DNA of 64,000 nucleotides from Prorocentrum cordatum (Eukaryota): NCBI GenBank assembly GCA_963575745.1, contig CAUYUJ010000234.1, positions 1 to 64,000 of the forward strand, read 5' to 3'. Shown piece by piece: positions 11,191 to 21,519 of this stretch (position 1 is its first letter; each line of letters starts with the position of its first letter). The notes under the pieces were generated by a model. It saw only the letters and a program-made list of their open reading frames with translations, ran no database searches and was not told where the DNA came from. The position numbers and the translations under genes were made by a program.

Positions 11191-14100
11191 AAGGGCCAGA
11201 CGTCGGCGAACCAGGACTGGCCTGTAGTGCGGACCACCTCCGCGGGGAGGCGAGCGTCGTCAGCATGGCGCTCGATCCACTGGGGCCCCCGGTCCGCTGG
11301 GATCATGACCGTGCGCCAAGTGTCGTCCGCCTTGACGTGGACTTGGGTCGGTGCCCAGAGCCTGGTAGTGGTATCGCCATGGTCGTGGTGGAGGATGACC
11401 CAGCCGTCGCGACCCGCAACCGCAGGGTCGATAACGCGGTGGCCCATGACGGTCGTCCCCCACGGTAAGTAGGCGCCGTCGTGGTGATCACCAGGGTCAA
11501 GCCAGCCCTCGATGCCAGGGGCATTGACACGGGCCCGCACATCACGGACGTGGTAGGCGAGGACGTGGTAGGCAGTCGGCTCCTCTTCCGTCTCGATGTG
11601 CTCCCACGTCTCGATGTCGCTGTTGTCCGAGGTGGAGTTTCCGCCGCTCTGCCGTGACGAACGCGAGGCGGATCGCCGTGGGCGGGCATGGCCTCGGGCG
11701 AGGGCGGCGGCCGCGCTGATGAGGGACGGCGTACGACGGTCGTCGGCTCCCGATGTCGTCGATGAGCGGTCTGGACTGTGTCCCAGGGCGGCACCTGCCT
11801 GATAGGTGTGCGATGGGCCAGACGCGGCCCCAGGGCTGGAGCCGCTGGGGCGCGGCGCCCGTGCGTCGGACTGCCCCCGCACGGGGACGGCCTGCAAGCC
11901 AGTGTACACCAGGTCGATCAGTGGCTGCGGGTCCAGCTGGAGCTTGCGAAGCGAGGCGCGCGGACGGGGCTGGTTGGGGTCGGCCCTGGTGGCTGCTTCG
12001 GTGTCGTAGTGCTGTGTAGCCCATACTCGCGCTGCCTCTGGCGAGTATAGTGCCTGCGGCGGTGGCCACGCTGCCGCGATGTCCAGCCGGCGCCAGGTGT
12101 TAGCTTCCTGGTCGCGGGCTTCAGCCGCCTCGCGGAGGTCTGGGTGATCGTAGCCGGCGATGTGGAGGGCGTGCGCGCAGTCGCCCATGCCATAGGCTTG
12201 TGGTAGGGCACGGCACCTGGAGGCAGCTTCAGTGGGGGCACACCAGTCCATGCGGATGAGGAGGCCCAGGACCCGTGGGTAGATGAGGCGCGCTCCGTGA
12301 GCCTCCCCTTTCACGACGTTGTGCCAGTTCTCACCGCGCGGCGGTTTGGTAGCCTCGCACATCCAGAGCGCGATGGGTCCCCACGCGAGGGTGTCGTCTT
12401 CGAGGCTGCAGGGCGGGTGAGGCGGCGCTGCGTACCACGCGGCCAGCGACGGGTGCACACTCACGTACGTGCGGCCAACATTTGTGGCGGTTCGACCCTT
12501 CGCTTCACGGCGGGGGCCCGGCAGGAGGTGACCTCCGTTGAAAGCGAGACGAGCCGCAAGGTCACCGCGGGTCCCGTGCCAGAAGACCGTGGGCGTGTCA
12601 GTGGTGGGTTGACGGAGGTCCCACGTGAGGTAGGGGAAGATCGTCTCGCCTGAGTTCCCACCCGAGTCTTCCAGCACCCAAGTGAGTCGGTTCGGGGGCC
12701 TCTGCATGATGTCAGTCCACGGCGCCAACGCTTGGAGCGTTGGGTCATGGGTGAATCGCGGATGGTCGTAGAGTCGCAGGGCGTCTTTGATGTCCTCAGT
12801 AGTCACGCCACTGTTACCAAGCGCAAAGCCGTTCTGGTACAGGGAGGTGAGGATGCTCGTCGGCGGCACGGGAACCGCTGGGTCGCGCTGGATGGTGCTG
12901 CGCAAGTTGCGCGTCGGTGGCCTGAGGGCTGGGTGGGGCGTACCAGGGCCTGGAGGCGCCTGGGGCCTGGCGGGTGATGCGTAGCGTGCTCGCCGTCGTG
13001 GTGGTTGGGTGTCCATGTCGGAAGAGGAACCACGAGCATCTGCATGTCGGAAGATGGACCACGGGCTGTCGAGGGTGCGCTCACGTGTTTCCCTTGCCTC
13101 GGCGCCGCCGGCCTGAGCTGTGGCGTCTTCGTGAGTCGGCGGGTTACCATAAGCCGCGCCGCTTATGGGGCCGTCTCGCGGGGACGGGCTGGTCGACCGT
13201 GGTGTGACAGACGAGGCTCGCGATACCGCGGCAGTGACTTCGACAATGGCGGCGGTGGTGGCGGTGGTGACATCGGCGACTGCGGCGGCAACTGCAGCAG
13301 TATAGTGTTCCTGTAGCAGCGGGTGTCGAAGAGAGTGCACGTGCTGGCTCTCGGGTTCGTCGGGATGCGTGCGCGGCATTGTGTGTGTGGCTTCATCGCG
13401 CGGCCTCCTGCTCGGTTGGCAACAGCGGAGGCACCACTGGGCCGCGGGTGAGTCCAGGGCGCGCGCACAGATGCGGGCTCCTACGTGTCCGACGGCTCCT
13501 TGAGCGAGAAGTTTGGCGCCGACCAGGAGAAGACCGCAAACCACTCCGCCTGTGGCAATAGCTCCGAGTTTGCCGCTGGCCCATTTCAGGGCACCCCCAA
13601 GGCCAGGCCCGACTGCGCTGGCTCTGCCCGAGACGATGTCTCTGAGTTTGGCACTGGTCCACTTGAGAATACCCCACAAGGCGGGCGTGGCGTTGTATGC
13701 CGTTGTGCGTCGGGGCGTAGTGGACACGGATGGGCCTGGTGCCGCAGCTTCACGTCGTCGTCGCTGCCGGTAGCTGGGGTCTCGGCTCGGTGTCGGCAAG
13801 TACCCGTCGATCTGGTCCTTGTACGGCATGGCTACCACGATGGCATACGTGGCCACGAAGAGGCAGTTGAGACAGCCGCAGCGTCGGGAGGCCGCTGCGC
13901 TGTGCGGGGCCTCGTAGGAGCCGCTGGCGTCAGGGCTCGCGTCCTCGATGGGGTCGTTGTCGATGCCAGCCTGCCAGTGGTCGACGGCGCTGGAATTGGA
14001 GTCAGTCGCGTTAGCACGGCAGACAAGGGTGCGGGGCGTGGTTCTGCCACCTGAGGTCTGAAGACGTCCAGGTCCAGCCAATGCTGCAGCGGGGCTGAAG

Positions 14101-14657
14101 CCGCCACTGCGCGGGTTGGTTAGAGCTGGCGATGCAGTGGGATGGCTTGTCTCGTCGGCGGCAGTGGCGCCTTCAGCGTCGTTGAGCTGTGCGCTGGGGT
14201 CGGCCTGGGCCGAGTTGTTGGGCGGACTGCTGTGCGACAGGGGGCGCCCTGTGTAGGGTTCGCTGTCACGGTCGCGCTGGGCCGTGTCTCCTGGCGGTGT
14301 CGTGCCGTCGCGATCCTGGGTTTCCATGTCGTGGATGGAGTCGTTCTGGCTATCGTCCGACACGTGGAACGAGTCCAGGGATATGTTGCTGATATCGCTG
14401 GCCGCGATGTGCTGGCGCAGAAGCGGTTCGGCGTCGGCCGCGGGCTGGTCACACGTGGCGTGCTGGGCGAGGGGGCCAACTGGCGGTGGTAGGTTTAGCG
14501 GTTCCATCGGTGCCGCGGCGAGCTCCGCCTCGACAAGCGGCTGCATGTCTGGCGGGTGGTGCAGGAACGCATCCGCGAGATACGCCAGGGCGTCTTGGTC
14601 GGGTGGAGGGAGGCCTCTTGGCAGCAAGGCGTGGGCCCGTGAGAGGTATGGCGGCAA
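10509..14657 (-). CDS. Accessory ORF segment (1382 codons) with ADP-ribosyltransferase-like domain and Cys-rich zinc-finger-like motifs
   Basis: Long open frame containing VFWHGT...NGGHLLPG...GRTYVSVHPSLAAWYA...WMCE, then CLQCRFQSCQYC...CPDC and W.TDYSCNSWTC...CCLSSRC. Confidence 0.7.
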   Translation of the reverse strand: MPPYLSRAHALLPRGLPPPDQDALAYLADAFLHHPPDMQPLVEAELAAAPMEPLNLPPPVGPLAQHATCDQPAADAEPLLRQHIAASDISNISLDSFHVSDDSQNDSIHDMETQDRDGTTPPGDTAQRDRDSEPYTGRPLSHSSPPNNSAQADPSAQLNDAEGATAADETSHPTASPALTNPRSGGFSPAAALAGPGRLQTSGGRTTPRTLVCRANATDSNSSAVDHWQAGIDNDPIEDASPDASGSYEAPHSAAASRRCGCLNCLFVATYAIVVAMPYKDQIDGYLPTPSRDPSYRQRRRREAAAPGPSVSTTPRRTTAYNATPALWGILKWTSAKLRDIVSGRASAVGPGLGGALKWASGKLGAIATGGVVCGLLLVGAKLLAQGAVGHVGARICARALDSPAAQWCLRCCQPSRRPRDEATHTMPRTHPDEPESQHVHSLRHPLLQEHYTAAVAAAVADVTTATTAAIVEVTAAVSRASSVTPRSTSPSPRDGPISGAAYGNPPTHEDATAQAGGAEARETRERTLDSPWSIFRHADARGSSSDMDTQPPRRRARYASPARPQAPPGPGTPHPALRPPTRNLRSTIQRDPAVPVPPTSILTSLYQNGFALGNSGVTTEDIKDALRLYDHPRFTHDPTLQALAPWTDIMQRPPNRLTWVLEDSGGNSGETIFPYLTWDLRQPTTDTPTVFWHGTRGDLAARLAFNGGHLLPGPRREAKGRTATNVGRTYVSVHPSLAAWYAAPPHPPCSLEDDTLAWGPIALWMCEATKPPRGENWHNVVKGEAHGARLIYPRVLGLLIRMDWCAPTEAASRCRALPQAYGMGDCAHALHIAGYDHPDLREAAEARDQEANTWRRLDIAAAWPPPQALYSPEAARVWATQHYDTEAATRADPNQPRPRASLRKLQLDPQPLIDLVYTGLQAVPVRGQSDARAPRPSGSSPGAASGPSHTYQAGAALGHSPDRSSTTSGADDRRTPSLISAAAALARGHARPRRSASRSSRQSGGNSTSDNSDIETWEHIETEEEPTAYHVLAYHVRDVRARVNAPGIEGWLDPGDHHDGAYLPWGTTVMGHRVIDPAVAGRDGWVILHHDHGDTTTRLWAPTQVHVKADDTWRTVMIPADRGPQWIERHADDARLPAEVVRTTGQSWFADVWPLWDRPRPHPDDAVTDEQALPPLPGRWTCLQCRFQSCQYCAARRNTQLGTSGQPTCPDCSLSGLRALMDWSTDYSCNSWTCAYSTDNRDSDTCCLSSRCPHPPRPHSLFDVRATGMPPHILARQYGNAPAQHDLKEHPRAPSGPGGSLHNQAKQVTRINGIFHRGRVASSGRDCPTARGGHLGSQERGCLKIRPPTNRCGGKATCSSAPTRPSRRNSSSTKRSADLTP

Positions 14658-15235
14658 TGGTGCCGCGAAGGCCTCAGGGCCGACGAGCTGGGCACGAGCG
14701 CCCTGGTATTCCAGAAGGAGGCCGAAGTAGCGGGTGGGGTACTCGTGGCCTCCTGTTTGCTTATTTTTGTATTTTACTCTTTCTGTTTTTCTTTTTTTTG
14801 TTTTTCTTTTTTTTGTTTTTTTTTTCCTTTTCTTTTTTCTTTTTTTGTTTTTTCATTTTTCTTTTATATTTTCTATTAATTACTCTTTTTATTCTTATTT
14901 TTTGCTTCATTTTTTTCCCTTATCTCTTCTCTTCTCCGCGCTCTCTTCTTTTTTTCTTTTTTGTCTTTACCTATTTTACGTTATCTATGTTATCTTTTTT
15001 TAGGCTGCCCTGGATACGCGTGAGGTTGCGGTTGGTGCGCTGTCTGTCGGGGCCCGCTCTGTGCCAGATATCCTCGCGCATGTCGAACGCGGTGCGGTGG
15101 CGCAGGGCGTCGTTTTTCTCCGCGGAATCCTCCTGGAAAAAGTGGTCGTACTGTGGCAGATGGAGCGTCGCCAGGATGTGCGGGACGCAGTCCTCGAGCC
15201 ATGCCCAGAACACGTCCTGATGGTCCTCACCTGGT

Positions 15236-17264
15236 TGAACCAGATCAGTTCTGGAACATTATTCAGGGGATTTCTCCTATCATCTGCTCCATTCGGTCTA
15301 TTTTGACGTTTGCTGATCAACATGGGTCTTTTGCTAGGACCGGGAAAGACCGTCGCCTTTTTCGCGGCCCATGTGCACCTCACACTCGGAAGTTTGCCGT
15401 GGCAATGTTTCACGGAATGCAAGTGCACAAATTTAATGTCACGGAATCTTCAGAGGTCTGGGTATCTTACCTAATTGCGGCCTCAGAGAACAGGCTCCAA
15501 TACTAATGGAGCGGGGTATTTGACGCCCCACGGAATTTGCATTTGGGTCTGTATCGAGACCTTTTGTGTCCTCCTCTCCTCTCTTTGCCTCCCACCTAGG
15601 GGATTGGCTGACACCAGGAGATGTCACTTGTGCGATTCTATCTGGGACCCGCCTGGTCCATGCGATCTTAGGGACACCGTGGCTTCGCAACAATCCATCC
15701 TTCCTCAGGATGCCTCCGTGTTCTGGGACTCGAGTCTGTTCTCCTCTCCTGGGGTCTGGGGGGGTGGCCCCCTCCCCTTCCCTTGCCTCCTGTCGGCTCC
15801 TGCAGCCTCGGGCTCAAGCTTTCAGTATGCTACTTCCCAAGGCATCGGACCCTCACGTTATCTTTCAGGGGAAGCTTTGCAGGTCTAAACGCAAAGTCTG
15901 CTTCCTGTCTAAACAAGATCTTGAGGCACTCTCATACTGCTCGACGCTGCTATTCCAAAGGGTGGTCAAGTTGCCAGCTCGGTTTCTTGTACCATCGGAC
16001 CTTGGTGGTCCTCATTTCACTTATGACTGGTGCAAAATCCCGCTTTTCAAAGCTTGTCGGGACAGCGGCTTTAAGGGACTGTATGTCAACGTTCGGGGTC
16101 CCGACGAAAGGGCTCGGAGAGTTCCTTGGAAAGAACTGGCTGCTGGTCAGTAGCCGTTTCGCCTCAAATGCTGACGGGAACTCTCGTCCGAGACGGCTGG
16201 GAAACATCCACATCCATATCCAATTCCAGGGGATGGCCAAACGCAGCCTTCCAGTCAATCTAGCCGCCAAGAAGCGTCTCAAGTGGACACACGGCTCAGG
16301 AGGAATGTGGAACTACTGTGAAGAGGAAAAAGTCTACACCAAAGTCTGGTATACGGAGTACTAAGACACGTGGTTCGACCCCGAATCGGGCTGGCCTCAC
16401 CCAGTGGTATGGTACCTATCTGACTACTGGTGGGACGGAGACTTCTTTGTGGAAAAGTGGCGCTGGAAGTACCCGTGAATGCAATTCTTGGGACTCCGAC
16501 AGACTGAATCCCCTGGCGTCTGCGGTGCATGGGCCTGCGGCTTTTGGAGGACTCTCAGTATCCCTCAATCTCCTATGCATGTTCTTCAACGTTGTTGGTT
16601 GGCAAAATACAAAAGGTTATAAACAGATCCATCTTGCGCCCTCCATACTTGTTTGAATTCAACCTTACTCCATTGGGCTTGATATGCCTGGGGTGGATTG
16701 TCACGGTTGAGTTCTCACTCGGCTTTGACATTCCATCTTGTATGCCTCCGTATCTTCTGGGTTCATTGCGTGCTTGGGACATTCAGTTTCTATTTTAGAC
16801 TTTCGTTCAGTACATATATCCGTCTTGGTTGCTACTTATGTTCAATGGGTTTCATGGGACTCAATGAAAGATTTCTTTACTTCTTGTTTACTTCAGACCT
16901 TGGGACCGTATGCCCCCAAGATTGGCTTCAAGAGCTACTCAAGCCACTCAAGATTGTTGATCAATTTGAGCATACTCCTTTATCTTGCATTACGTTTCTC
17001 ATTTTTCTCTTCTTCATTCAAAGCAAGAGAGACCTTGTGGTGGGATTCATTTGGGACATCGGACAATCTATCATTCATGATTTCTTTCAGTATCATGGGT
17101 TTCAATCCTGGGCTGGGCCTCACCTTTCTTCTGCTTCATCTTCCCTCCGCCTCTCCTCTCGCCTCCCTCTTTCTCTACCGTACGCATTTGGCGTATTGGT
17201 GGCTTCTCAGGTTTGTGTTTTGGGAGAACCGACCTTTCAAGGCGCTTCATCATCATCATCATCA
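15236..17264 (+). mobile_element. Nested 5'-truncated, decayed non-LTR retroelement with (CAT)n tail and 9-bp TSD
   Basis: TCACCTGGT is duplicated at 15227-15235 and 17265-17273, and (CAT)n lies immediately before the right copy. GC is lower than in the host. RT domain 6/7-like remnants are present (MGLLLGPGKTVAFF; RGLGIL). Excision restores the host frame. Confidence 0.85.
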
Positions 17265-18135
17265 TCACCTGGTGCCCACGCCGCGGCGCACGGTATGAGC
17301 CGTGCTCGGATCATCATCAGGTGCCAGAAAGCGGGGTCCTCCTCGGGTTCGCCCCTGGCGCACAGAGGGGCAGTGGGACCCGTGGGGCTAAAGCGGGGCA
17401 CGACAGCGGGGCTGAAGCCGCCACTGCGTGCCTGGGCCTTGCCAGCGGCCCCGTCGAGGCTGTGCTGCACGACGGTCGAGGACAAGCTGAGGACAGACTG
17501 CGATGCATGTGTCGTAGTTGACGAGGGCGTGCTCGTAGGAGACATGCTGGTACTCGCCGTAGCCGTCGTAGTAGCCGTCGGAGTCCCAGGGGGGCAGCGC
17601 GTGGGGCGGGGGCCCTGGTGCTGCTCAAGCCAACGCTCGCGATGGCGCCCAGCGGCCCGGTGCCGCACGGACCCGCGGCGGCGGTGCTGTTCACGATCGG
17701 GTCCAAAATGGCGCAGTGATCGTATTTGTAGTTGCTGTCATCGTAAAGGTAGAAGAGCGTCCCACGTTCAGCGTGTCGCAGGAAAACCTCTCCTCCGTGC
17801 TGAGGCGCACCGCCTGAAGACGGGTGTGCTCCAGCTAGCGAGGGGAGGGCCAGGCTGCAGGCAAGGCGCCACATGATGGCGAGGCCTGGCGGGCGGCGCG
17901 AGCGATGAGCCAAAAGCTGCATGTCAGCACACGTCCTCAAATACCCCTGAATGCTCAAGTACATTGCAACAATCACGCCCCCTGCAAGACTACGGGTGTC
18001 CCTACACCAGATAGCTTGCGCGTGCTGCTGCCAAAACAGACATGAGGTGACAAGAAAGAGATTCGACGCGAAGAGGGGAGAGATGCCTCTGAAGGCGCTT
18101 CCTCGGAGGGCTGAGGCGGGCTCTCTGAGGCACCT

Positions 18136-20725
18136 TCAATAGGGTTCCTGGGTGGCCCGACCCTGGTCCTTGCCTTTGTCGGCCCCTGGGGGCCCCGTCC
18201 CTGGGGTGACCTGGCCTGGCTGGTCGATCCAACCGCAGGCAGCCACGGGTTCGGCGGCCGCTGCAGCTTCCTCCTTCTTAGTTTCCAGAGTGGCCACTTG
18301 TGGCAGGTGGATGGTGCCTCCCGTGAGGGGCCCGAGGAGGGTCTGGATGTCGCCGCGCAGTGCAGCGGCGTCGGCGGTTGCCGTCTGTTGCTGGGTGACG
18401 ACGGTGGCAAGCCCCCGTTCCAGCCCTGAAACGTGCTCCGTGAGTGTGGCCTGGGAGGAGAGAACGCCCGCAAGCTGCACCTGCATGTTAACCACCGTGT
18501 TGGCTAGCAGCTCGTGCTGCTGTTCCATGTGCTGGATGCGGGTCGTGGCAGCATCGGGCGGTTTAGAGGCCGATGCGAAGCGCTCGCCGAAGGTGTTGAG
18601 TTCGTGGGAGGCCACGCTGTATTCATCACCTGATGGGAGGATCTCGACGTCGACGACGTCGCCTGGTACTTCGGCGGCTGTGGCAGCGTCGCCTTCGGTG
18701 TGGCCCCCACCTTCTGCCGCCGCCGTGCCAAGCCAGGAGTCATGGCCACCTGGTCCTGGGGCGGCCATCGGTTCAGCGGCTCCGTCCGTGCCGTGCGGGG
18801 GTGCAGGAGCTGCGGCCTGGGGCGCAGGGTGACCTTGCGTGCGGCGTGGCGTCACGTTTCCCGCTGGAGGAGCGGTGGCGCTTGGCTGAAGGCTCCTCCT
18901 TGGGGGTCAGGAGCGGTGCGACGCCCTTGCCTTTGGGCGTGGCAGTCATAAGGTCGTGGAGGTAGGGGCTCTGGGCCGCTTTGGTGAGGAGTGTGCCGGT
19001 GGCGGGGCTAAAGCCGCCACCACCTGCTGGCGGCGTCACAGGCTCTGTGATGGTGGTAGGCGTGACGATGGTAACGTTGTCCCGCTTCGGCACCACCTCA
19101 GCCAGCGGGGCCTCGGTGATGCTCCACGGGATGGGGCACCCCGCGACCTGCACCGTATAGGTGAGTGGGGGCCGATGAGCGCGCACTAAGGCAAACAGGG
19201 CCGCAGTGGCTGGGTCCCAGGCGGTGTGGTAGACCTCACAGTCCCATTTAACGGACGGGCCCGTGAGAGTCTTGGCGAGCTGGGTCAGCGTGGCGTGACG
19301 TGCCGCAATGCCAGTGATGCGGTAGCGCGTCTTGGCGAGGGTAGCCTCGCAGCCTCGGATGCTGACAGCAGCAGCCTTGGCGACGTCGGACCCCCGTGGA
19401 ACACGGATCCCCAGTAGGCCTGACTTGCCGTGCCTGATGACTCCCAGGGCCTTGAACTCCACCGACTTCTGGAACGCGTCTGCCATCGTGATGGGCTGGT
19501 CCACAGGGAACCAAACAGTCTGATACTTGTCGGCGGTGGGCTCGTCTGCACCTACATTGCTGAGGTCGTAGGTGGCACCGAGTTGCCCTGATCCCGCCAG
19601 GACCTTGTCGACCGCTTGGAGACTGACGCCGAAGGTGGCAGCCAGGGACCTCTTTCCGACGCCCGATCCAAACCTGCCTAGGCTTTTGCAGGGTTCGAGG
19701 ATGGTGACGGCTTTAACGTTGCCGTGGAAGAGGGCCTTGAAGGTGTCCTGGAGCTGACTATCGAGCTCCTGGCGGCGAGCGTCTTTCTTGGACTCCCTGT
19801 GCTTTTGGTTTTGGCGCGCCTTGTCCTGTGGAGCGGAGTCCCCTCGAAAAGGGCCCTTGGCGCGTGGGCCACCGTTCACGGGGGCACCTCCCGAGAACTG
19901 GTCCTCGAAGGCCTGGTGCATGGAGGGGACTGCGGCAATGGCCTCGGTCTCGTGTATGGTCGCCCGAATCCAGCAGACGTGGTCAGCAGGGTCGATGGTG
20001 GCGACGGCTACTTTTTCCGTGCAGGCGACCTCCTTGGTGCCCAGCTGGTACACGGTCACGGGGACGTGCGTGTGGACCACTTTGGGCGCCTTGGGGTGAC
20101 GCTTCAGGACGGGGACGGCGAGCTCGGTACCGGCGTAGTTGTCGTTTTTTGGGCCCATGACAGCAATCGCGAGCTGACCCGTGGCTCGCTTGCCCTGCTC
20201 GAGGTGGTGTTGCAGCAGCCGTTCACCGCTCTCGTAGTCGTGGAGGCTGATACTGGGCTTGCACGTCTTGCCGTCGTCAGGAGATGTGGGTTCGGCGAGG
20301 ACAGGGACCTTCCAAAAGGCCGGGTCCAAGGCGATGAATTGGGTGTCCGCAGCCTGAAGACGTGCGGAAACCGCTGGTGGGTGTGATGTGTCACCGCCAA
20401 TGCGCTTAGGCTTACTGCGCTGGTGATGATCAAGCGTGTAGCTGATCTGGTTGGCGGCGCACATGCGGATCAGGGCGCTGCCAAGCTTCTTCGTGTTGGA
20501 CTTGTGCATGTCGTACATTGCCTGGAGCTCGTCCGCGTTCAGTTCGGCAAGCCCGTTGTAGGCGGCCGTGGGGCGGTCAGACCCCGCTTGCTTGAACGCT
20601 GCGATGCAGTCCTGCTTGCGTTGAAGGAGGGACCCTTCAGCAGCAGGGCGCGTGGGACGGGAGCTCGGAGGCTGCTTAGAAGAGCGACGGCGCCCCGGCT
20701 TCTTGGGGGCCATTGCTGCGGGCAC
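18136..20725 (-). CDS. ORF1-like protein of the large LINE, with one frameshift near 18850
   Basis: The 650-aa ORF 18773-20725 overlaps the 18136-18855 ORF. It lies at the 5' end of the element and has an RRM-like segment (RYRITGI...LAKTL...KWDCEV) and a heptad-rich coiled coil near the C-terminus. Confidence 0.7.
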
Positions 20726-20865
20726 TCTGGTGTGGAGAGGTGACGCGAATCAGTAGGGTCCTGCTGGGGCCCCTCCGGTCTCGCGAGGCCTGGGAGTCTG
20801 ACTCCGAGGCGGGGCGCTTCGCGTCGCGGCTGCGGTCTGAGTGCAGGGCACTCTCGGGCCGAGAC

Positions 20866-20866
<1 letters not shown>

Positions 20867-20959
<93 letters not shown>

Positions 20960-21150
20960 AGATAGATAGAGAGAGAGGGAGGGAAAAAAAAGGATAGATA
21001 ACAAAGAAAGAAAAAGAGAGACAAACAAATAAAGACAAAGAGAGCGAGAGAGAGCGAGAGAGAGCGAGTGAGAGCGAGAGAGAGAGAGAGAGAGAGAGAG
21101 CGACAGAGAGCGAGAGAGAGCAAGAGAGAGCGAGAGAGCGTAAGAGAGAG
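20867..21150. repeat. (AG)n/(CT)n tract separating the two LINE copies
   Basis: Directly visible; pure at the left end and degenerate in the middle. Confidence 0.95.
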
Positions 21151-21519
21151 ATCGGACAAGTAGGCGGACCAGGGTCCGTCCGCGAGGCGCACTGCGGTGC
21201 GACAACTCGCAAGCACTATTTGCGGCGGTGCAGCCTTTAGATACGAGGGCGGGCAACAAAAAAACCCCTCCCCCGGCGCAGTGCGACAGACGCTACAGAC
21301 GGCGGACAGACGATGATGATCTCACCTGTCAGACCGCGTGAGGAAAAAGGCCCCAACAAGAAAGGCGACGTGCTGACACGTGGCTAGGCGGCTTGGCAGA
21401 CCGCCAGTTGGGCGCTTGGCCGCAAAGCGGCGCGCAGTGACGGGGCCCCCCCCGCCCCCACGCCCTGACACCGTGGACGCGGAGCCACGCGTACACACGG
21501 GCAGGCAGAAAGGAGGAGA

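Larger units (their letters stand above)
2218..20866 (-). mobile_element. Large non-LTR retrotransposon, copy 1: ORF1, long accessory coding region, APE-RT-CCHC-RNase H; apparently full length
   Basis: 2218-10472 is colinear with copy 2 (21151-29382). Minus-strand coding continues with frameshifts up to an ORF1 at 20725. Both ends abut (CT)n tracts, and the same short motif GCGGCTYYAGCCC recurs along the whole length. Confidence 0.8.

Noticed and set aside
14757..15001. T-rich low-complexity patch inside the accessory ORF, translating as a Phe-rich membrane protein
   Set aside because: Its composition is unlike the flanks and it has no structure; probably an artefact or a simple repeat, not coding.
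16698..17876. 392-aa plus-strand ORF
   Set aside because: It spans the insertion junction and runs antisense to the host ORF, so it is a chance chimera.
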